NCBI GenBank assembly: GCA_963796965.1
Contig: CAWCNS010000011.1
Coordinates: 576,001-640,000 of the forward strand
Reading direction: 5' to 3'
DNA from: Calditrichia bacterium
Lineage (GTDB): Bacteria; Calditrichota; Calditrichia; JAJRVZ01
Length of the DNA: 64,000 nt
Below are positions 56,390-64,000 of this stretch, piece by piece. A program made the translations under genes and the position numbers. Each line of letters begins with the position of its first letter. The first letter of the stretch is position 1. The notes beneath the pieces were generated by a model. The model was not told the origin of the DNA. It did no database searches and saw only the letters and a program-made list of their open reading frames with translations.

Positions 56390-57460
56390 CTATACGACTT
56401 GTTTTTGCTGTTGATCGGTATAATCAACAATCAGATCATTAATAATCTCTACGATACTAATATCAGCTGGACAATATCTGGAGCATCTGCCACAGCCTAC
56501 ACAATGCAGTTCCGCAGAGTGGTCAGTAATATATTTGAATTTTCGATACAGACGATGTCGGGTGCGTTGATCGAGTTTATCTCTAAAATTTTCGCCGCCG
56601 GCGACTTCGGCAAAATCATTGAGCATACAGCCATCCCAAAATCGACTGCGGGTCCCATTGACAAGATCTAATTCAACCTCATCCCGAACATCAAAGCAGT
56701 AGCACGTTGGACAAAGTAGATTGCAGGTGCCACATCCGACACATTTCTCAGCAACCTTCTCCCATACTTTCGATTTATATACATGTTCAAAAACCTGAGG
56801 CAAACGATTATAATGGTATTTCAGTTTTGTTTTAAAAGACTTCTCAGTAACCTCAAAATCCAATGGTGTATCAACCAGAGTTCCATCGCTAAATTCAGAA
56901 AGCAGTTCCCGGCCGGTTTCATTCACTTCAAAAACAAGATGGCCATTCTCTACAGGTTCAAAGAATAGACTAAATCCATCTAATTTTTCAATTTCAATTC
57001 CAACCGATTTAGAGAAATGCCACTTATCCGGCTGAAATGAGATACCAATAAAACAAGATTTTTTTCTTTTATCAAAATAGTTTGATTCGGCATTTCCCCT
57101 TGCAAAACTAAAATCCAATCGTTTTATACTTTCCAATTCATAGGCATGTATACCAAAGAAAATGCGCTCTTTTACTTCACTACTCGTTTCTTCAAATGAA
57201 TTATTTCCCAAATCAAAAGTCAACAAAGTTTCTCTTGCTGGAAGAAAGTATTTCTTTAAAGGTTGGATAGTCCGCGGATAGTCTAAAACAACATCATTAA
57301 CATCGCTGACCTCATCAAAAATATAAGAAGCATCACCTTTTTTATGGGGCGCGATTAGGGTTGCTTTACTTTTAAGATATTCGATGAATTTTTTCGTCGT
57401 CTCTTTGTCAAAGAAATATCGTTTCATCTGCTCAAGGTTTTTAATGTTTTCATTTGCCAT
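56390..57460 (-). CDS. hyhB: Group 3b hydrogenase Fe-S (beta) subunit
   Basis: CVGCGTCNLLCPTCYCF, WDGC, CVGCGRCSRYCP; GGAG RBS before ATG 57460. Confidence 0.92.
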   Translation of the reverse strand: MANENIKNLEQMKRYFFDKETTKKFIEYLKSKATLIAPHKKGDASYIFDEVSDVNDVVLDYPRTIQPLKKYFLPARETLLTFDLGNNSFEETSSEVKERIFFGIHAYELESIKRLDFSFARGNAESNYFDKRKKSCFIGISFQPDKWHFSKSVGIEIEKLDGFSLFFEPVENGHLVFEVNETGRELLSEFSDGTLVDTPLDFEVTEKSFKTKLKYHYNRLPQVFEHVYKSKVWEKVAEKCVGCGTCNLLCPTCYCFDVRDEVELDLVNGTRSRFWDGCMLNDFAEVAGGENFRDKLDQRTRHRLYRKFKYITDHSAELHCVGCGRCSRYCPADISIVEIINDLIVDYTDQQQKQVV

Positions 57461-57504
57461 GCTTGTCTCCATTTTCACAAATCAAGATCGGTTAAGTCCT
57501 TTTC

Positions 57505-57521
57505 TTCAATAAGTGTGCCAC
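57505..57521 (-). promoter_or_regulatory. sigma54-like -24/-12 promoter for the hydrogenase operon
   Basis: TGGCAC-ACTTA-TTGAA (GC to GA at -12), 45 nt upstream of start. Confidence 0.55.
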
Positions 57522-57731
57522 AAAATCAGACAATAGATTAACCTATTGTTACTACGTAATTTACAGGCTATACGGATGAGAAATATAGAAAAGAATAATG
57601 GAAAACATGTGATTTTTTTCCCATTATCAGTAATCCTTTTTTTTATTTTTTCTAATTTTGGGAAAGAGGGATAAACAGAACGTTTATCCCGGTAAATGGA
57701 TTATAGATAAGCCGATAATGGGGATGGGGAT

Positions 57732-59001
57732 TTAAAAAACCAGTTTTATATTTGCTGCCGTCGAGATTCCTGTTGCATCAGTGTACCAGAGTGCTTTATG
57801 AGTCGAATAGGCCAGGTCAAGATGAAAGGGACCGAAATGAAGGCCTAATCCCAGGGCCATTCGATATTCCCAAACCCCTCCGAAACTCATACCGGCACGT
57901 AAAGGCAAAAAATCAATGGGTGCGTATTGAACTCCTATCGAAAGCTGGGCCCGATCTGTATATCCCATTTTTTCCTCAAATGCCTGTTCCAGGTCGAGGG
58001 CAAATACAAGATTTTCATGTAGCTGGTAGCCTACTCCGATATGAAAAACAATAGGTAAGGTCGTTGTATACGGATCGATTGATCGGGTGATCGTCGTATC
58101 AAGGGTGTTACCTTCTTCAAATTCACCAATCTTAATCGAGTCCGAGATAACGTAGGTTCTGCTTTCTTCTAAATCCTGTTTCCATTTGATACCTGCCAAT
58201 ACATTGTAAAAGGCCATAGAAACAGTCCATTGATTGTTTATTTTTCCTGTTGCCCCAAGGTCAAAACCTATGCCATCTCCATTTCCTCCGCTGCGGGAGG
58301 TAACATCAAGTGAAGCTAAAATTGCATTATTTGTAGTAATAACGGAACCATCAGCCTGGGTAATTTCACCCTGGACAATTCCCTTATAATAATTGAAATT
58401 CAACCCGACGGCAAATTCTTCAAAATACTTTTTTATAAGGATCGGATGCGAAAGTGATAAACTGAACTTTACCGCTGTAAATCCTTCACCATCAAGATCA
58501 GCAAAACTAAATTCCTTATACAATTCCTGATTCCCCCGCATTCCCAGCTCAAATATGGACTTAGGTATTATACCTAATGCCTTCCCAATTCCCTGAACCG
58601 AAATTCCATAACGACCAAACATTAATCCCAGAGCATTTCCCTTTGCCTCTGCCGAAACTTGTAATCCCTCATCCGGAATCAGAGCTGAGGATATGATCTA
58701 TATCCTGTTTATCCCAGTACCCATTATGACCCGATTCTGTGAAATATCTATTATACTCATTAATCGATAAGGTGGAATTGGTACTATTAATCTTGACACC
58801 GACCAGGTTTATTTCAAATTTACTGTCATGACTCAGGGATAAATTGGCAGGATTCCAGCTAAAGGCATCCACGCCGCGTGCTAATGCAATATAAGCACCA
58901 CCCATGGAAAGTCCCGAAGCCCCAAATCCCTGGGCAAAGAGTGGTAAATTCATACCCATCACCCAAAATATAACAAGCATTAATACAATCGTTTTTTTCA
59001 T
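57732..59001 (-). CDS. DUF5723-like outer-membrane beta-barrel (indel near 58670)
   Basis: Signal peptide, MGGAYIALARG...WNPANL, GIGFDLG, LPLRAG, C-terminal KLVF. Confidence 0.72.
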
Positions 59002-59012
59002 ATCTATTCTTT

Positions 59013-61061
59013 CTATTCTTCTTTATTCATTAAAAAATCGAATTTAAAATTCCCAAAAGTTGTTATTTTATCTTTCAATCTGAATTTTACCAATCCGCTT
59101 GTTTCATTCAGAACAACTTTTGTTCCAATATAAACTGTTTCATTTTGGGAGAAGATTTGTAATTGTGTCTCCGTTAATTCAATTTGAACATCATTTTCAG
59201 TCTCATCTTCAACATAGCCATTAATATCAACCTGTGCTGCTGGAACAGTAATATCCGAAATAATAAACTTTGTTGTAGAATCGGCTACCTGATCAACAAA
59301 TAAATCGGTTGAATCATTGGCAACATAAATGGAAGCAGAAGAGCCTACGGGAAGTCCGTTGATTACCTGAAAATAAACAGCTGCATTTTTTATATTATTT
59401 TCAATTTTATCCCTGACATCTTCATCCAATTTCTCTTCCGTTATCTCAGACTCTAGATAGGATTTCTCTGCAATTCGCAGAAAGAGAGGTGAATAGATCT
59501 GATAGTCAGCACGCACAGTCTGTCCAACCTCAACTGAGCCTTCACCATCAACAATTGCTGTCGCATCTAAACGTATACTCTTGGGCAGGATTGCCATCAG
59601 ATCGACAATATTTGGATGCGGATCATTGCCACTCAATTTTACATGGGTGATATCAAAGCCACTCGCTTCAATTTGAATCGGTGTTAGATTTACCTGTTCC
59701 AGGCCATCACTCCCGCTAATATTCAATGTTATAAATACAGGGATCCCCGTTCCGTTAGAGACATCAAGTGTCATTTCAAGACTATCCAGAAAAATGGTTC
59801 CTTCAATTTGTGACAAGTCTTCAAGATCATCTTTAATAACCGGATCAATTTCAATTTCTACCTCGTTAACCTGACCATCTATCCTGCTGAAAAAGATAGA
59901 ATCCGGATATACTTCAACCGATACCGAATCATTTTCCGATAATATTGTATACTCATCCGTGGTATCGGTTTCCACCAAAACCTCATATTTCAGATAATCA
60001 ATTAATTCACCTGAATTTCTATCGGGATAATCTGCGATCAGATAATCGTCCAGTTCAATGGACCGGTTCGTAGTTTCTTTTGCTGATAATATGAGGTTAT
60101 CCGTTAAAACCTCTCCTGACTCGTTTGTAAAATTTAGCATTCTGACCAAAATTTTTGCCGTCGCATCTAACTGGTTATGGATGACCAGATCCATTTTGCC
60201 ATAATCGATAACCGCAGTACGGATACGGTGCTCTTCATCCATCACGGAAGTGGAATCACGTACATCCATGTATTGCGGTGGAAATATGGCTTCGGCACTG
60301 GTAACGGTAAGATCAATTAATGTGCCATTCACCCAGACACTATCATCCAGGTCCTCATCAGCAATCACTTTGTTTACGGCATCGATGGGCATATGAATTC
60401 TTAGAAGAAAACGAGTATGAATCTTTTTTCCACTCAAGTCCATATCGGGGGAGGCAATGCCCTTACTCATTGCAGCGATTGAATTAGGAAAAGTTGTCGT
60501 GCCGATCAAAACATCCGTGGAATCATCATAGATATCTATTTGCATACCGCTTTGAATATTAAGAAAAGTGTTATTTTCAAACTCAAGTTGAAAAGTACCA
60601 TTCTTAATTTCTGCCCATCCAACATCAATATAAAGAAGGTAAACCAGATCCACATCCAATGATGTAGCCGGTAGTATTAAGGGTACGCCGACTGTAGGCG
60701 TGACACCTAGCAAACTACCTATGGGAATTGCATTGGAACTTACCGGCCCCAGCGTACCCAACGATAGTTCATCAAGGGTTGCCCCTGCCTGATCACCATC
60801 GGGTTTAATGGAGAGGTCCGAACTTGATACGGTTCTTTCTTCTGTGGAATCCTTTACCGATATGGCCACCACCGTCTCTCCTGATAAAGTTGTATCCGCT
60901 ACAAAATTGGGTTCTTCTAATACTTCATTCATTGAATAACTTGATTCAAAGGGGACGCGCCACTGGGCAAGCCAGGTTGGTAAAGCAGGTTCTTCTAACG
61001 AGCAAGAAACAAATACCACCAGAGATAAAAATATTCCCCATTTTCTTATAATTTTATTCAT
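59013..61061 (-). CDS. Large acidic beta-rich lipoprotein of unknown function
   Basis: Lipobox VFVSC; PTW...W.VP start; four repeated strand-Asn motifs. Confidence 0.7.
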   Translation of the reverse strand: MNKIIRKWGIFLSLVVFVSCSLEEPALPTWLAQWRVPFESSYSMNEVLEEPNFVADTTLSGETVVAISVKDSTEERTVSSSDLSIKPDGDQAGATLDELSLGTLGPVSSNAIPIGSLLGVTPTVGVPLILPATSLDVDLVYLLYIDVGWAEIKNGTFQLEFENNTFLNIQSGMQIDIYDDSTDVLIGTTTFPNSIAAMSKGIASPDMDLSGKKIHTRFLLRIHMPIDAVNKVIADEDLDDSVWVNGTLIDLTVTSAEAIFPPQYMDVRDSTSVMDEEHRIRTAVIDYGKMDLVIHNQLDATAKILVRMLNFTNESGEVLTDNLILSAKETTNRSIELDDYLIADYPDRNSGELIDYLKYEVLVETDTTDEYTILSENDSVSVEVYPDSIFFSRIDGQVNEVEIEIDPVIKDDLEDLSQIEGTIFLDSLEMTLDVSNGTGIPVFITLNISGSDGLEQVNLTPIQIEASGFDITHVKLSGNDPHPNIVDLMAILPKSIRLDATAIVDGEGSVEVGQTVRADYQIYSPLFLRIAEKSYLESEITEEKLDEDVRDKIENNIKNAAVYFQVINGLPVGSSASIYVANDSTDLFVDQVADSTTKFIISDITVPAAQVDINGYVEDETENDVQIELTETQLQIFSQNETVYIGTKVVLNETSGLVKFRLKDKITTFGNFKFDFLMNKEE

Positions 61062-61163
61062 ATTTTACCATCTTTCATATTACACATTTCAATTTTATTT
61101 CATTAAAGATTGTCGGCAAATATACTACTTTCATTAATAATAATAATACTTATAAAGAGGAAT

Positions 61164-61202
61164 GATGCGATTTGTCACACAATTCGGATGATACAGATCA
61201 CA
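61164..61202 (-). promoter_or_regulatory. Two tandem CRP/FNR-family-like boxes
   Basis: Minus strand TGTGATCTGTATCATC and TGTGACAAATCGCATC, 23 nt apart, about 100-140 nt upstream of 61061. Confidence 0.5.
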
Positions 61203-61390
61203 ATTAGGTCATACCACCCCGAACTTGTTCCTGTATACCCAAAAAACATGATAAAGTTCAGGCGTTTATCCCGTAATTAATCAGTTTTTTTGTTTAGGTT
61301 TCAAATTGGTGATTTTCATCAGAGAGAATTTTAGGAGAGAAAATATTTTGTGGAATTGTTAGTATTTGTTGGTTGAGGTATTAAATATTG

Positions 61391-61500
61391 AATGTCCAAA
61401 ACCAAAGGTCAAATAAAGTCCGAATGACTCAATTTCAAAAAATGCTTATTAAATTTGAATGGGATAATTGTATGACCTTGAGATTTTGGCATTTGAAATT
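61391..61500. repeat. AATGTC/CAAA heptamer-type inverted element
   Basis: aatgtccaaaaccaaaggtcaaataaagtccgaatgactcaatttcaaa ... tgaccttgagattttggcatttgaaatt. Confidence 0.55.
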
Positions 61501-61568
61501 ATCCGGGCAGGAATCCCTGCACAAGATGACTTTTAAGGATAAGTGAAACTTAAGTGATTCCTGGATAT

Positions 61569-63006
61569 TTATTTTAACCGATGATCCAAACCAAACTCAT
61601 ATCCCTTATCAACTGCCTTTCTGTTAATATCCATAAACCGTTTATGCTTGATAGCAGATTTTAATGATTCGTAGATGGTATCCTTACCCATCAATCCGGT
61701 ATAACCCATATAAACACCGAACACGATCATATTCGCAATTCGGGTATTACCCAACTCATCGGCCATTTTTGTTGCCGGAACTGAAAGAACCTCAACATCA
61801 TCTCTGGTTGGCTCAATATCGATCAAGGAAGAGTCATAAATAATCAATCCATTTTTCACAACATCTTCTTCAAATTTTTCTAAAGAAGGACGGTTCATGG
61901 CAATTAAAACGCTCGGATTGCTTACCATGGGTGATCCAACATCTATATCTCTGATATTTACATGACAGTTTGCTGTGCCCCCTCTCATCTCAGGGCCATA
62001 CGATGGCAACCATGATACATGGAAGTTTTCAATCATTCCGGCCTGTGCCATTGCTGCACCGAGTAGAAGGATACCTTGTCCACCAAAACCAGCAATTTTT
62101 ATTTCGGGATTTTTATATCTTTCCTCGGTAACACTTTTAACAGGTTCAAAATCAATTTCATTTCTCAGATTTAATAATGTATTGATCTCTTCAGCAGATG
62201 GATTAAGGATTTCAGGTTTATAAGTTTCGATATCCTTTGTCTGATCCCTGAATACCCCCAGAGGAAACTCCTCCACCATGGTCTCTTCCATCCAGCGCAT
62301 TGAATCCACAGGGTCCATCTTCCAGCCTGATGGACAGGTTGAGAGTATCTCAACTAATGAAAATCCCAGACCATCCACCTGACATTTAAGCGCCTTCCTA
62401 ATGGCCATACGTGCTTTGGCGCGCCGATTATTGTCATATAAGGCCACACGTTCCACATAAACAGGTGCATGTAATTGGCTAATCAATTCTGCGACTTTTA
62501 TGGGATACCCTTCATTGGATGGTTCTCTGCCTCGAGGAGAAGTCGTTGTTCTCTGTCCGACCAATGTTGTCGGTGCCATTTGTCCTCCTGTCATACCATA
62601 AATCGCATTATTGACAAAAAAGACAGTGATGTGTTCACCCCGGTTTGCAGCATGAAGGATTTCGGCTGTACCAATAGCAGCTAAATCTCCATCCCCCTGA
62701 TAACTAATGACAACACTATGGGGATGTGCCCGTTTAATGCCCGTGGCCACCGCTGGTGCTCTTCCATGTGCAGCCTGAATATTTCCAGTGTCAAAATAAT
62801 AATAAGCAAACACACTACATCCAACCGGACTGACAAAGATTGTTTTGTCTGCAACTTCAAAGTCTTCTAATGCCTCAGCAATCATTTTATGAACATGACC
62901 ATGCCCACAGCCTGGACAATAATGGGGCATTTTTTTATCCGCACTTGGATTTCTTGTATATATATCATAAAAGTCTACTTGATTTGCGTAAAATCTTAGT
63001 CGCCAT
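61569..63006 (-). CDS. vorA: 2-oxoacid:ferredoxin oxidoreductase fused beta-gamma subunit (VorA-like; N-terminal indel)
   Basis: HYCPGCGHG, HGRAPA, YQGDGDL, NNAIYGMTGGQ; gamma part AGFGGQG, PSYGPEMRGGTANC. Confidence 0.85.
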
Positions 63007-63023
63007 AATTGATTCCCTCAGTT

Positions 63024-64000
63024 TTATTCAGATAAGTTTTTAATAGCTTGCTCCAGAACCTCCGCCGTAGTAGGGACCACACCACCCATACGATTGTAAA
63101 AATCGATAGTTGTTTTTCCCTGGGCAGCTAGCTGGACATCTTCCAGCATTTGACCATTGCTCAATTCAACAACAAAAAGCCGGCATTCTTTTTCAGCTAA
63201 GGCCAAGATCTCTTTTTTGGGAAATGGAAATAAAGTTATCGGTCGCAACATACCCGCCTTAATGCCTTGCTCTCGTAATTTTTCTACAGCAGTTTTTAAA
63301 ATACGGGAAACAATTCCATATCCAATAAGGACATATTCAGCATCTTCCAGCATGAACTCTTCCAGCAATAACTCATTCTCTTCAATTATTTTATATTTAT
63401 CCTGCAATTTTTGATTATGCCGTTCTAATTCCAGGGGGTCAAGATAAATGCTGGAAATAAGATTATGCTTGCTTTCTTTATCAGCATAAAGAGCCCAGTC
63501 TTTGCGTGGTAGATCCATAACAGGCTCCGGGAATTCAACCGGCTCCATCATCTGACCGATGTATCCATCAGCAACGACATAAACAGGTGTTAAATATTTA
63601 TCGGCCAGATCAAATGCTAACATGGTTAGTGAACACATTTCCTGTGCTCCGTTTGGGGCCAGCACAGGACATTTATAATTTCCATGCCCCCCCCCTTTTA
63701 CAACTTGATTATAATCACCCTGTTCCGGAGCAATATTACCTAGACCGGGTCCACCACGCATGATATTTACTATCACACAGGGAAGTTCCGCCCCGGCCGC
63801 ATAAGATATCCCCTCCTGTTTGAGGCTTATACCGGGACTGGATGAAGCCGTCATAGATCTTAAACCTCCACCGGCAGCACCATAAACCATATTTATGGCA
63901 GCAATTTCGCTCTCGGCCTGTAAAAATGTACCCCCTATTTTTGGAAAATAATTGGCAGCTCCCTCCGCAATTTCACTTGCCGGTGTAATAGGATATCCAA
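63024..64000 (-). CDS. vorB: 2-oxoacid:ferredoxin oxidoreductase alpha subunit (VorB-like; 5' end outside window)
   Basis: [10 protein letters not shown] at window edge, [36 protein letters not shown]. Confidence 0.88.
   Translation of the reverse strand, partial: GYPITPASEIAEGAANYFPKIGGTFLQAESEIAAINMVYGAAGGGLRSMTASSSPGISLKQEGISYAAGAELPCVIVNIMRGGPGLGNIAPEQGDYNQVVKGGGHGNYKCPVLAPNGAQEMCSLTMLAFDLADKYLTPVYVVADGYIGQMMEPVEFPEPVMDLPRKDWALYADKESKHNLISSIYLDPLELERHNQKLQDKYKIIEENELLLEEFMLEDAEYVLIGYGIVSRILKTAVEKLREQGIKAGMLRPITLFPFPKKEILALAEKECRLFVVELSNGQMLEDVQLAAQGKTTIDFYNRMGGVVPTTAEVLEQAIKNLSE

Noticed and set aside
57668..57691. GTTTATCCCG (also at 61264) resembling a type I-E CRISPR repeat start
   Set aside because: Only ~10 nt of similarity; here it is one arm of a GGGATAAAC/GTTTATCCC hairpin after the barrel gene, probably a terminator

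Overview
AT-rich bacterial chromosomal window, almost all on the minus strand. Gene content (PorU/PorV-like pair, FlgD-Ig 'YPNPF' C-terminal sorting domains, LpxK, DUF2851, DUF5723) points to a diderm FCB-group organism; Calditrichota-like is my inference. It contains: housekeeping runs (recG-lolD-lolE-lysS-prfB; tRNA-fMet/tRNA-Met-tilS-hpt-ftsH-TPR-folP-cdaA; lpxK; a shikimate/aromatic cluster; rnhB; comEC); a 13-kb T9SS-like surface-attachment locus with two tandem uncharacterised barrel-plus-coiled-coil paralogues; a group 3b [NiFe]-hydrogenase operon with a sigma54-like promoter and a RegB-like sensor kinase; a lipoprotein/DUF5723 barrel pair behind CRP-like boxes; and 2-oxoacid:ferredoxin oxidoreductase genes. 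Many genes, including essential ones, are split by indels that are most likely long-read assembly errors; only the prfB shift has a programmed-frameshift signal. Most larger intergenic gaps hold small elements built from inverted arrays of 7- or 9-nt tandem repeats or REP-like palindromes, some nested. I found no transposase, integrase, cas gene or CRISPR array. All calls come from reading motifs by eye, without database searches.
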